Below are positions 38,791 to 48,300 of a stretch of 64,000 bases of DNA, one piece after another. Location: contig OZ244991.1 of the NCBI GenBank assembly GCA_965223335.1, positions 2,528,001-2,592,000 on the forward strand. Direction: 5' to 3'. Source of the DNA: Thermodesulfobacteriota bacterium (GTDB lineage Bacteria > Desulfobacterota_D > UBA1144 > Nemesobacterales > UBA2774). The position numbers and the translations under genes are program-made. Positions within the stretch are counted from its first letter, which is position 1. Every line of letters starts with the position of its first letter. The notes under the pieces are model-generated. The model saw nothing but the letters and a program-made list of their open reading frames with translations, was not told where the DNA came from and did not search any database.

Positions 38791-40465
38791 GATTCCCAAG
38801 CCCGCACTTACTAAAATCAAATTCACACTGATCCATGTACTGCAAATGCATCACCTTATATTGACTCTCTTTCATGCCCGATTCCAAGCAGAATTTTTTA
38901 TACAGCTCACCCGTTCCCTCTCTGAGCAAGGTAGCGGTAAGGGGTCCAAGCCTCCCGCTCTTGCGCTTAGCACGGTACTCGACATTCAGCCGAGCAAGCT
39001 CCTCATCAATCAACCCAGATATGCGACCGCCCTCATTAGACTTTGTCTCTATATACAGGTGGTACTGCTGGTTTTCACGATCTGCCAAACACACAAAAAA
39101 TTGAGGGTCAATACAACACGCCTCTGCTGCCTTTTGCAGGGCCCCTATGAGCTGCGATTCATAGAGCTTCTCCCCTGTGATGTTGGTTGTCCCCTTGCCT
39201 TTTTGAACAAAACGAATCAAGGGTGTGTTGTTGTACCTTCCAGTGACCTCAATGACGTCGTTTATAAAATATCTATAGAGCCCGTTTTGGGTTGTTGCTA
39301 TAATGTAGTACTGCTTCCCCTGTTCTATCTGGTCGAGTCTTAGGTATGTCTTGTTGTCACTTTCCCAATCGGCCCGTTCCACAAACTCAAAATAATTTTG
39401 ATGAAGCGTTGGCACACCGTCACGGCGATCAATATCCACAGTAATATTCCCCCTAAATTCACTCGCAAAATATCCCATCTCAATAATCTTGGTGCGTTCG
39501 GATATCTGCTTGTACAAAAAGGGGAGCATCCACCCACAGCTCCCGCCCGTCCACGTCACCACGGCTTTTAGATTCGGCCAAAGGTCTTTAAACAACAAGA
39601 ATCCTTGTGCTTGATACAGATCCGCCAGCCGAATTAATCTAGTCTCGTCCCTATTTACACATATACTTTTGATTATTTCTCTGTGTCTGCCTTCACTGCA
39701 ACCACCTAACTGACCGTGCTTTATTAGGTCCACTATCTCGTAGAATCTCGAGTTTATTGTCTTGGAAATTTTGTGCAATGTAGATGGGTTAACGCTCGCT
39801 ATAGTAGTTACATTGCCCTCCTGCAGAGCAAAAGCAGATATCAGAAAATATTTAAGCTCATAGTCCTCAATATCAAAAATCTCAGAGGGTATTACAAATT
39901 TGCACCTGATAACGCTTGGTATCTCCCTATATAGCACCCCCGACATTGCACCATACGGTGTACCTGTCTCCAGACATCCCTCTACTGCAGAACCTGCCAC
40001 TGCCAATATCTTTCCCGAGAACATTCGAGGCATTTGTAGATACTGTGCATATGTGAAAATCCTTTGAGATTGTTTGTGTTGTTTCATCGTCGTTTCATCA
40101 ATCGGTATATATTTAGGTGAGCCCGTTGTACCACTAGTTAGCGCGTACCTATGGGGTTTGTTGTTCGTCAAATAAGGTTCTTTTGTGCTTTCCTGTTTTT
40201 CAATATACCCACGCAGCCCTTCATAAGTTTTAACGGGCACACGCCTGCAATAATCCTCGTAACCCCTTATTTCCGAGAAACCATAATGTTTGCCATACCA
40301 TGTCGCTTCATTGTCTTTAAGAATCTTGCGCAAAAGCTCGGTCTGAACATTTTTAGGAGAACGCGTCTTCTCTATATACGGATTCCATACTCGATGCCTC
40401 GCATAGAGCATAAACGCCCACAACAATATATTCGAAACTCCGTTAACCACAGATGTGCTAGCCAT
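38744..40465 (-). CDS. GH3 family acyl-acid amido synthetase-like protein
   Basis: LTSGTTGSPKYIP, YFASE, GLYRYFIND, TGEKL. Confidence 0.9.
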   Translation of the reverse strand: MASTSVVNGVSNILLWAFMLYARHRVWNPYIEKTRSPKNVQTELLRKILKDNEATWYGKHYGFSEIRGYEDYCRRVPVKTYEGLRGYIEKQESTKEPYLTNNKPHRYALTSGTTGSPKYIPIDETTMKQHKQSQRIFTYAQYLQMPRMFSGKILAVAGSAVEGCLETGTPYGAMSGVLYREIPSVIRCKFVIPSEIFDIEDYELKYFLISAFALQEGNVTTIASVNPSTLHKISKTINSRFYEIVDLIKHGQLGGCSEGRHREIIKSICVNRDETRLIRLADLYQAQGFLLFKDLWPNLKAVVTWTGGSCGWMLPFLYKQISERTKIIEMGYFASEFRGNITVDIDRRDGVPTLHQNYFEFVERADWESDNKTYLRLDQIEQGKQYYIIATTQNGLYRYFINDVIEVTGRYNNTPLIRFVQKGKGTTNITGEKLYESQLIGALQKAAEACCIDPQFFVCLADRENQQYHLYIETKSNEGGRISGLIDEELARLNVEYRAKRKSGRLGPLTATLLREGTGELYKKFCLESGMKESQYKVMHLQYMDQCEFDFSKCGLGNHENKWTRYKEAQYSV

Positions 40466-41353
40466 CTAATCCCCATCCTTGTTATTGCTAAATGGTGTAG
40501 TCAGCAGCGTTAGAAAATCTTGGGGATAGTCACTATCCAATAACCCCAATTCACCGACCGTCTTGCCCTTGGGTAGATATCTCGTTTCAAAAATCAAATC
40601 CCATATTATCAGGTTGTTACCGTAGTTCCGGTTCGACTCACTTATCCGCGCAGAATGGTGCCAACGGTGGAGCTCAGGGCCGCTTATTATGTAGTTAAGA
40701 AATCCCAGTTTCAACTCAACGTTGCTGTGCTGAAAGAAACCGTTTATCGCGAAAAAAATGAAATATAATGAAACAACCTGCTCACCCACCCCGAGCACTA
40801 TAAACGGTGCAGTATCGACGAGAAACTGAAGAGTTTTTTCCAGGGGATGAAACCTGCCTACATTCAAGAAATAGAGCTTATCTGGAGAGTGGTGTACCGA
40901 GTGGAATCGCCACAAAAATTCCCAGCGGTGGCTAATTAGATGAAGCCAATACCGCAAGAAATCTGCCGCCAAGATCATCAATAGGGCTTGTACTTGGACC
41001 GACAGTCCGTGAGGCCATACATTTGTAAAGTTAAAACCGTTTACACTAAGCCACCCTATCGCAGTTATAGCTACGAAATAGGACAATAAAACAGGTATTA
41101 GTACTTGAACAAAGCCCATAAACAGCAGATCGTTTTTGATGTCTTCTCTCTTAGATTCCCATCGTTTTCTGTGCGGAGACCATTGCTCCAAACCAAGTAT
41201 TACAAACGCGGATACTACCACTGCTACATATGTACCTATTTGATCCCCAAGCCCAAGCCCTCCAAATATGTAGTAGATCGAGTACCCAAAGACCATGACC
41301 GCGGGATAAGCGACATACGATATATATTTCCTCAACGTCCTATGAACTATCAT
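40466..41353 (-). CDS. Sterol desaturase / fatty acid hydroxylase family protein
   Basis: His boxes HLISH, HSVHH, QH, HRWHH; NYG..LIIWD. Confidence 0.92.
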   Translation of the reverse strand: MIVHRTLRKYISYVAYPAVMVFGYSIYYIFGGLGLGDQIGTYVAVVVSAFVILGLEQWSPHRKRWESKREDIKNDLLFMGFVQVLIPVLLSYFVAITAIGWLSVNGFNFTNVWPHGLSVQVQALLMILAADFLRYWLHLISHRWEFLWRFHSVHHSPDKLYFLNVGRFHPLEKTLQFLVDTAPFIVLGVGEQVVSLYFIFFAINGFFQHSNVELKLGFLNYIISGPELHRWHHSARISESNRNYGNNLIIWDLIFETRYLPKGKTVGELGLLDSDYPQDFLTLLTTPFSNNKDGD

Positions 41354-41811
41354 GCGAACCTCCCCACTATTTTTTCTTGATAATGATATTTACCGAGTAG
41401 TACGAGCCAGAGGGCAAGATCCAGATGCACGATTGTAGGCAGCCATGCATTAAACCAAGTCGAGTGGCTTGCAAAAGTGAAGCCCCCGATCAATCTAATC
41501 AACATCACTATAAAGTAAGCAGTCCCAGCAACCAGGTATATCTTTCCCCTCTTAGGGCTAGGCACTACTCTACGCTTCGCGATATTGATTGTAATTCTCG
41601 TTAGAATGGAGATTAGAAACATCTGGATGGTCACAAGAAGCCAATATGGCAGAATACCACTATCCCAAGCATCAAAGGGAGGTAAATAAGAGGAGTCAAA
41701 AAAGTGTTGAATTATCTGAGCAAAAACTCGAAAAATAAATATCGACAACAAAACCATGAAAACCCAACGTTCCATCCTATCTACCCTATTTACTGTTTCA
41801 ATCACTCTCAT
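41350..41811 (-). CDS. Four-TM membrane protein, first gene of the operon
   Basis: RBS GAGGAG before ATG 41811; ATGA overlap with the desaturase gene. Confidence 0.7.
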   Translation of the reverse strand: MRVIETVNRVDRMERWVFMVLLSIFIFRVFAQIIQHFFDSSYLPPFDAWDSGILPYWLLVTIQMFLISILTRITINIAKRRVVPSPKRGKIYLVAGTAYFIVMLIRLIGGFTFASHSTWFNAWLPTIVHLDLALWLVLLGKYHYQEKIVGRFA

Positions 41812-41827
41812 GAGTCTCCTCTCTTTA

Positions 41828-41899
41828 AATGAACACTGTTTAGTTGCATAATACCACCAAATTGAACAATGTTCAATAGTTAATTTAACATTGTTCAAA
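41828..41899. promoter_or_regulatory. Three TetR-type palindromic operators (TGAACANTGTTCA)
   Basis: ATTGAACAATGTTCAAT (41861-77, perfect arms), TTTAACATTGTTCAAA (41884-99), TGAACACTGTTTA (about 41830-42). Confidence 0.7.
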
Positions 41900-41921
41900 A
41901 ATCCTGTTATATTTATTAATA

Positions 41922-42548
41922 ATGGGAAGAAGAAACGAGCATCCGCGTGAGCAAATAAGATCTATGGCCATTGAGGCTGGCAAAAATATTATTGTTCAAG
42001 AGGGATATACATCTCTTAGTGCAAGGAAAGTGGCAAGGGCTATCGGATATACAGTGGGAACACTGTACAACGTATTCGATAATTATCTCGATATAGTTCT
42101 TCATATTAATGCTGAAACATTGGACGAAATTAAATGTCGGGTTGAAAATAACTTAGGATCAAAACAAGGAATTGAGCAAATTGTGAGCATCGGTCTCTCG
42201 TACGTTGATTATGCTAAAGAAAACACAAACCAATGGAGTGCGCTATTTGAATACCAAAACCCGGGCAGTGAAAAACTGCCCGATTGGTATACCGAAAAGA
42301 TAGAATCAATGTTTGCTTTACCGGTTAAGTCCTTGGCCCCCCTGTTTAATGGTGATGTAAAACGTGCAAAACTGGAAGCAAGAATAATTTGGGGTGGAGT
42401 TCACGGTATATGTATGCTTGGATTAACTCACCGACTTTCACATGGAAACGATGAGTTACTGCAACAAAAAGTACGCTCATTGATCGAGAACTATCTATAT
42501 GGTGCGACGACGACCGGTCTATCCAACCACCCGTCTACTGCACGGTAG
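41922..42548 (+). CDS. TetR/AcrR family regulator (WHG-type C-terminus)
   Basis: HTH LSARKVARAIGYTVGTLYNVF; WGGVHG. Confidence 0.93.
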   Translation: MGRRNEHPREQIRSMAIEAGKNIIVQEGYTSLSARKVARAIGYTVGTLYNVFDNYLDIVLHINAETLDEIKCRVENNLGSKQGIEQIVSIGLSYVDYAKENTNQWSALFEYQNPGSEKLPDWYTEKIESMFALPVKSLAPLFNGDVKRAKLEARIIWGGVHGICMLGLTHRLSHGNDELLQQKVRSLIENYLYGATTTGLSNHPSTAR

Positions 42549-43314
42549 ATTTCTCGGCACTGCCCTCGGCAATTGCTCGTATCTCGTCCCATTTCTGCAT
42601 CAATATCGCAAATGAGGAAGCCGCCTCGGTGTATTTACCCGAAGTGCATAGAGCGAGTACGTTGCGTAGTTCCGACACCGAGTCTTCATTTTTCATGGTG
42701 GCCGGCTCTATGAGTGTAGAGATCTCGCCGTAGTTTAGGTTTATAAACCCTCTCTCATCAAAACCCCCGACCCAGCTCCAGAGATTATCTATGCCCTCTA
42801 TCAATGCACTTAACACCCTGCCAAACTGCGCTTGCTCGTTTTCGGTCATTTTCCCAAGCGCTGTCTCAATCTGTGCTCGAGCCTCTTGGAGTCTTTTAAC
42901 CGCCGAGGCTATTTTGGTAATGTAATATATGGCATCGTGTTCGATAGCCCCGAACCCGGTGTGTGTATAAAAATAATTTTTCTCATCCCTTTCGTACATC
43001 AAAAACCACTCTAAAGGTATAAAATTTTCGGCACTGTAAACATTCAAGTTAACCCCCTCGAATATCGGGGTAACATAGCTCTCACCCTCTTCGTCTTTCA
43101 TAAAAAAACAGTGTTTCACATCTTTTTTACCTATTCCAAGTTGTTTAGACAGTGCAGTCCTGAACTCGTCATATTCCCTCCCGTACCAAGACGACTGAGG
43201 TGTGGCAGGGCCGTCCCAGTACTTTTCATAGAACTCTATGTACGATCTCCAGTAGCCCTCAAGCTCCCTAGTTGTATCCACTGGCTGATACGCCATCAAC
43301 ACGCTCATTGCCAT
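42535..43314 (-). CDS. Hypothetical protein, last gene of the photolyase operon
   Basis: 259 aa ORF overlapping the photolyase end; GGAGG upstream. Confidence 0.7.
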   Translation of the reverse strand: MAMSVLMAYQPVDTTRELEGYWRSYIEFYEKYWDGPATPQSSWYGREYDEFRTALSKQLGIGKKDVKHCFFMKDEEGESYVTPIFEGVNLNVYSAENFIPLEWFLMYERDEKNYFYTHTGFGAIEHDAIYYITKIASAVKRLQEARAQIETALGKMTENEQAQFGRVLSALIEGIDNLWSWVGGFDERGFINLNYGEISTLIEPATMKNEDSVSELRNVLALCTSGKYTEAASSFAILMQKWDEIRAIAEGSAEKSTVQ

Positions 43315-44650
43315 TATTACCGGCCTCCTTGGCCCTATTATATGCCTCTATTGCCGCTTCCCTCATTTCGTAATGGTCCACTATGGGCCTTGCGTAACCC
43401 AGGTCGTAGGTAAGCGGGTCATGAATCTGCTCCACTGGTACGTTCTCCAACTCTGGTATGTACTTCCTTATATATTCTGCGTCAGAATCGAACTTCTGAG
43501 ACTGTATTAGCGGATTAAAAATCCGTAGCGGTTTTGGGTCCGCCCCGCATGATGCACTCCACTGCCAGTTCCCCGTATTAACCACTTTATCATAATCGAT
43601 CAGATGCCCGGCAAAGTGCGCCTCTCCCCACCTCCAGTCACATAGCAGGTCCTTGGTTAGAAACGAAGCAACTATCATCCTAACCCTGCCGTGCATCCAG
43701 CCCTCACGCTCCAGCTGGCGCATTCCAGCGTCCACTATCGGGTACCCGGTCACACCCCCCTGCCATGCCTCGTACCACTCCCGGTTGTTCATCCACTCGA
43801 TACCCCGTCTTTTCTCCTGGAACTCTACGTCCATGGTCTCGGGGAAATAATGCGAGATGTGATACCAAAACTCCCTCCACGCAAGCTCGGATACAAATGT
43901 ATTCGGTTCCGGGCTGTGCGATAGAGCTTTATTATAGAGCTCGCGTATCGAAACAACCCCGAAATTTATATAGGGTGACAGCTTCGAAGTATCGTCTTGG
44001 GCCGGGTAGTTACGGACTTCATCGTAGCCCTCATAGTCATAGTCCGCGATTATGCGTTTGTAGAGATCCATCGGCCACAGTCGGTCTACGACCGTGTCTG
44101 GCTTGCCGATCAGTTTTTCTATATTCCGTCTCTCAATCTTAGGACTTGAGATTGAATCTATCCGAGGCAGGGGTGCTGATTTTGGTTTCTTTAACCACAG
44201 TCTATAAAATGGGGTAAATACTTTTCTCTGCTCAACTTTTGCGGGAGGCACTAAAAAAGCGTCATCGCAGGATTCATAGTACACATTGAGTTTGTTGCAT
44301 ATATCCGATACTAAACCGTCTCTGCTCTTACCATAATCGGTATAGGATCTATTGGTAAAGAGCGCATCTGCACCCGTCTCTTTAATCAAATGCGGTATTA
44401 CTTCCCGTGGTTGTCCGGCTATCACATATAAATAAGAGCCCAGGCCCTTTAGCTCGGCATCCAGGTTTCTAAGCGCTGAATAAAAAAAACCGAGCCTCTT
44501 ATGCCCCGTCTCATAATGCTGCAATATGTTGCGGTCCAGAATGTATATAGGGATGAGTTCTTTGCTCTTTTGCAGAGCACTATAAAGCCCTTTGTTGTCC
44601 TCGGTCCTAAGGTCTTTTTTGAACCAGAATATAGACTTGTTGTGCTCCAT
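43268..44650 (-). CDS. phrB: Deoxyribodipyrimidine photolyase (class I-type)
   Basis: WFKKDLR..DN, TSKLSPY, ELAWREF, GYPIVDAGMRQL, WMHGRVRM, NWQWSAS, RIFNP. Confidence 0.95.
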   Translation of the reverse strand: MEHNKSIFWFKKDLRTEDNKGLYSALQKSKELIPIYILDRNILQHYETGHKRLGFFYSALRNLDAELKGLGSYLYVIAGQPREVIPHLIKETGADALFTNRSYTDYGKSRDGLVSDICNKLNVYYESCDDAFLVPPAKVEQRKVFTPFYRLWLKKPKSAPLPRIDSISSPKIERRNIEKLIGKPDTVVDRLWPMDLYKRIIADYDYEGYDEVRNYPAQDDTSKLSPYINFGVVSIRELYNKALSHSPEPNTFVSELAWREFWYHISHYFPETMDVEFQEKRRGIEWMNNREWYEAWQGGVTGYPIVDAGMRQLEREGWMHGRVRMIVASFLTKDLLCDWRWGEAHFAGHLIDYDKVVNTGNWQWSASCGADPKPLRIFNPLIQSQKFDSDAEYIRKYIPELENVPVEQIHDPLTYDLGYARPIVDHYEMREAAIEAYNRAKEAGNNGNERVDGVSASGYN

Positions 44651-44695
44651 TATAGATTTATCTCACAGTGGTAATGAAAATCTCACAATAAAGAG

Positions 44696-46153
44696 TCAGG
44701 CACGCTGCTTGGTTTCATTAACCGATTCGGGCAGGTGGGATTTCTCGATCTCCGCCTCGCGCATTATAGCCCTTACCAAGTCGCTGAATATCATCTTATG
44801 TAAGGGGTAGAGCACCCGCCAATAGAGCACTCCCAAAATCCCCGCAGGCTCAAACAGTGCCAGCTGGACCAATCTAGTGCCACTGCCCTCGGGTTCTGCA
44901 CGCCACTCAATCCATGCCTTACCCGGCACCTTCATCTCGGCCCTAAGCCTAAGCCTCGAGGGTGGGTCGATTCGCTCTACACGCCAAAAGTCCAGAGCCT
45001 CGCCCTGCAAAAGATCCTGGGGGTGGCGACGCCCCCTCCTAAGCCCCGGGCCCCCGGCAAGCCTGTCTATCAATCCCCTAAGCTTCCATGCCCTGTTCCA
45101 GACCAACCAGCCCTTATCACCCCCAAGCCCCGTAAACACATCAAACACTCCATCTGGGTGTGCATCGACATATATCGACCTCGTCTCTTTGAACAACCCC
45201 TCTTTATCCGTCATTTCGTAATCTATATCGTCCGACCCAAGCGCCCCGCTCCATCTGGTATCAATCTCGCCGTCCAAAACATGCTCTATAGCCTTTTCCA
45301 CAGAACCTTTATAATCGATAGGTTTTATGTCTGGGAACAATTCCAGGGCACGCCGTGTGTCACCGACTACCGGATGTATGACCCCTTCTACAAGCGGCAC
45401 AGCCAGCGAATTAGATATAGGTGTTACCAGCCCTACCCAAAGCGCCGCTAACCTGGGGGCAAGCACCGGCACAGTTAACACGGTTCTTTTTAGTCCCCTG
45501 ACCCCTGCATACTGCATCATCATTTCTTTAAAAGTTAGTACATTGGCTCCGATGTCAACCGCTCCCATCGGTGATTTGCCGATACTGCTTATAAGATAGT
45601 TAAGAACATCCTTTACAGATATCGGCTGCACTTGGTTGTGTATCCACTTTGGCGCCACCATCACAGGCAGTCTATCGGTCAGATATCTGACCATCTCGAA
45701 CGATGCCGAACCCGACCCTATTATGGGCCCCGCACGAAACTCAGTTGTGGGAAGGTGTTTGCGAAGAATGGTTCCTACTTCGGAGCGGCTTGACAGATGG
45801 GTCGAGACGGTGTCGGACTCAGGCAGCAACCCGCCCAGATATATAACATGTTTAACATCCGACGCAGCACCCACAAAATTGTGTGCGCCTGCTCGGTCTC
45901 TCTCCTCATACCCCTTGCCGCCATACATGGCATGTACCAGGTAATACGCAGTGTCAATTCCCGTGCATACGCTCTTTAGACTATCGGGGTTGAGCAGATC
46001 ACCTTTAACCACCTCTACCTCCCCAGCCCAACGGCGCCCTTTAATCCTCTCAGGGTCGCGTACCAAAACCCTCACATCGTAGCCTTTCTCAAGAAGCTTT
46101 GGGATGAGCCTCCCGCCTATATATCCAGTTGCCCCAGTTACCAGTATTTTCAT
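44696..46153 (-). CDS. Atypical SDR NAD(P)-binding protein with DUF2867 (YbjT-like)
   Basis: TGATGYIG, IIGSGSASF, GGPGLRRGRR, LDFWRV, AEMKVPGKAW. Confidence 0.9.
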   Translation of the reverse strand: MKILVTGATGYIGGRLIPKLLEKGYDVRVLVRDPERIKGRRWAGEVEVVKGDLLNPDSLKSVCTGIDTAYYLVHAMYGGKGYEERDRAGAHNFVGAASDVKHVIYLGGLLPESDTVSTHLSSRSEVGTILRKHLPTTEFRAGPIIGSGSASFEMVRYLTDRLPVMVAPKWIHNQVQPISVKDVLNYLISSIGKSPMGAVDIGANVLTFKEMMMQYAGVRGLKRTVLTVPVLAPRLAALWVGLVTPISNSLAVPLVEGVIHPVVGDTRRALELFPDIKPIDYKGSVEKAIEHVLDGEIDTRWSGALGSDDIDYEMTDKEGLFKETRSIYVDAHPDGVFDVFTGLGGDKGWLVWNRAWKLRGLIDRLAGGPGLRRGRRHPQDLLQGEALDFWRVERIDPPSRLRLRAEMKVPGKAWIEWRAEPEGSGTRLVQLALFEPAGILGVLYWRVLYPLHKMIFSDLVRAIMREAEIEKSHLPESVNETKQRA

Positions 46154-46170
46154 GTTACCCACACTCGCTG

Positions 46171-47376
46171 CTAAAGATAGCCCTCGAGTTCTCCCCCTAT
46201 ATCCGAGTCTGCAATCTTGCGAAGCGCCTCTTTCTCAATCTGGCGTATACGCTCGCGGGTAACACCATACATTGCACCTATCTGATCAAGTGTATAAGTG
46301 CTCTGCATCCCAACGCCGTAACGCATCTTTAGTATATGGGACTCTTTCTCATTGAGCAACGCAAACGATTCATGAATTATGTTTTTCACCCTAATCTCAG
46401 ACACAGCACTTTCCTGGTCTATATTGTTTTGGTCCTCTATTAGATCAATATAGCTCTTTGACTTGTCGTCACTTACAGGGTTATTTAGTGAGAGCACATT
46501 GTCCCGACCCTCAAATACCGACTGCACAAGGTCGGTCGAGAGCCCCGCCCTCTCGGCAATCTCCTCTATGTTCGGTTTTCTGCCAATCTCATCCTCTAGC
46601 TCAGATTTGGCCCTAAACACCTTGGAGGTCTGCTCAAATATATAAACCGGCACCTTAACGGTCCTTGTCTTCTCCGATAAAGCCCTGGTTACCGATTGGT
46701 GTATCCACCATGCAGCATATGTCGAGAACTTAAACCCTTTTGTATGATCAAACTTTTCAACCGCTCTTATTAGGCCCAGGTTTCCCTCCTGCACCAGGTC
46801 AGTCAACGGCAGCCCTCTGCCCATATGCCTTTTTGCAATACTCACAACGAGCCTCAAATTGGATTTTACAAACTGGTTTTTTAACGAAAGCGCTTTGTCG
46901 GTATACAGTTTGAAGACCTTCTTGAGCTTTATTATTTCTTTTGTGCCTAGGTTTCTTGTATCCAGTCCCACGGCGAGCTTCTTCGATCTATTATTTGTAT
47001 TTGCAGTCTCTAGCAGTTCTGCTATCTTTTTAGCTCTTTTCTCGCACTCTTTTATCTTTGCCCCTAGCTCTCTTTCCTGACTAGAAGTCAAAAGCGGCTC
47101 AGTCAAGAGGTCCCTGAAATAAACGTAGAGCACCCTCTGTTCAAATTTCGTCCATTTATAGTCGTCGTTCTCGTTATCTTTTAATTCACTATCATCTACA
47201 TCATCAGTCTCATTGATGTTTTGTTCTTTATCGTCCGGTCTCAAATCGTTAAGCTTGTCATTATACAAAGTCAATGTATCGATCTGTTTATCATCCATAT
47301 AAGGCACACTCTGGTCCCCAGAATCCAGTAACTCCATACCTTCATACTCTCTGTAATCCATCTCATTAATTTTCAT
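46171..47376 (-). CDS. RpoD/RpoS-family (group 1/2-like) alternative sigma70 factor
   Basis: NLRLVVSIAK, DLVQEGNLGLIRAVEKFD, FSTYAAWWI, VTRERIRQIE. Confidence 0.93.
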   Translation of the reverse strand: MKINEMDYREYEGMELLDSGDQSVPYMDDKQIDTLTLYNDKLNDLRPDDKEQNINETDDVDDSELKDNENDDYKWTKFEQRVLYVYFRDLLTEPLLTSSQERELGAKIKECEKRAKKIAELLETANTNNRSKKLAVGLDTRNLGTKEIIKLKKVFKLYTDKALSLKNQFVKSNLRLVVSIAKRHMGRGLPLTDLVQEGNLGLIRAVEKFDHTKGFKFSTYAAWWIHQSVTRALSEKTRTVKVPVYIFEQTSKVFRAKSELEDEIGRKPNIEEIAERAGLSTDLVQSVFEGRDNVLSLNNPVSDDKSKSYIDLIEDQNNIDQESAVSEIRVKNIIHESFALLNEKESHILKMRYGVGMQSTYTLDQIGAMYGVTRERIRQIEKEALRKIADSDIGGELEGYL

Positions 47377-47429
47377 TTCTTCCCCTCCTATGCCCTATAT
47401 TGTTGATGCTTATAAAAAGGATTTTGATT

Positions 47430-47454
47430 CCGGGCCGATACGCGATCGGCCCGG
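47430..47454 (-). terminator. Hairpin between the fasciclin and sigma genes
   Basis: CCGGGCCGAT-ACGCG-ATCGGCCCGG perfect 10-bp stem; no immediate U-tail. Confidence 0.5.
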
Positions 47455-47468
47455 TTAACACAAGGTGA

Positions 47469-47984
47469 TTATTCAGGCAAAATGACAGCGTCTATAACGT
47501 GGATTACACCGTTACTAGTCATGATATCCGCTTTTACGACCTGGGCGTTATCAACCATCACTTTTCCGTCCTTCACATTAATATCGATAGTTTTGTCACT
47601 AACCGATTTAGCCGAGTCGAGCTTTACAACATCAGCCGATGTTACTTTCCCCGGCACTACATGATATGTTAGGATAGCTACCAGCTGGTCCTTGTTCTCG
47701 GGCTTTAGCAACTCCTCCACGGTTCCTGCAGGGAGCTTTGCAAATGCCTCATCGGTCGGGGCAAACACTGTAAACGGCCCTTCACTCCTTAATGTATCTT
47801 CAAGCCCAGCAGCCTGCACGGCAGCTACAAGCGTGTTGAACGAACCCGCGGCTACCGCTGTATCAACAATATCCTTTGAGTTCTGTTTGTAAGAACCGGA
47901 GTAGGCAACAACCGTCCCCATTCCGAACACTGCCACTACCCCTAAAACCGCAACCACTGTTTTGAAACTATTTAGTAATCTCAT
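47469..47984 (-). CDS. Secreted fasciclin (FAS1) domain protein
   Basis: [32 protein letters not shown]; signal peptide. Confidence 0.95.
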   Translation of the reverse strand: MRLLNSFKTVVAVLGVVAVFGMGTVVAYSGSYKQNSKDIVDTAVAAGSFNTLVAAVQAAGLEDTLRSEGPFTVFAPTDEAFAKLPAGTVEELLKPENKDQLVAILTYHVVPGKVTSADVVKLDSAKSVSDKTIDINVKDGKVMVDNAQVVKADIMTSNGVIHVIDAVILPE

Positions 47985-48070
47985 ATCGATTACCTCCTCA
48001 ATTTTTATTCCCTATTCCGGGATGAATTATTCAGACATCAGTTCAACCTGCAAACACCAAATCCAACCAA

Positions 48071-48131
48071 TGTCTAAATGTTGTCTAAGAGATTAACGTG
48101 CTGTATAGCATTTGTCAAGCATTTTTGTCTA
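48071..48131 (-). promoter_or_regulatory. Promoter of the fasciclin-sigma-photolyase operon with CarH-type TnnACA repeats
   Basis: Minus strand TTGACA (48118-13)-17 bp-TAATCT (48095-90); TnnACA hexamers at 48071/48082 and 48102/48113 (11-bp periods), plus one at 48126. Confidence 0.65.
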
Positions 48132-48256
48132 ATTTTTTTATATTCGGCCTAGAGAGTATTGATATACAATCTTAACAGTTATCTGTAACTCTTTGTACTG
48201 CAATAATTAATTACCGATTCAGACATAGGCTTTTAATTTGAAAATATTTTTGCAAA

Positions 48257-48284
48257 TTGACAAATGTTAGACAATTGTTATACT
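48257..48284 (+). promoter_or_regulatory. carH promoter overlapped by three 11-bp-period repeats
   Basis: TTGACA (48257), TAGACA (48268), TATACT (48279); the first and last double as -35 and extended -10. Confidence 0.65.
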
Positions 48285-48300
48285 CATTGTGGTGTACAAC

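Noticed and set aside
41812..41898. N-terminal extensions in the ORF track (here, 3984-4082, 19456-19563, 22472-22543)
   Set aside because: They run through promoter or operator DNA; downstream ATGs have clear RBSs and, for the exported proteins, signal peptides.
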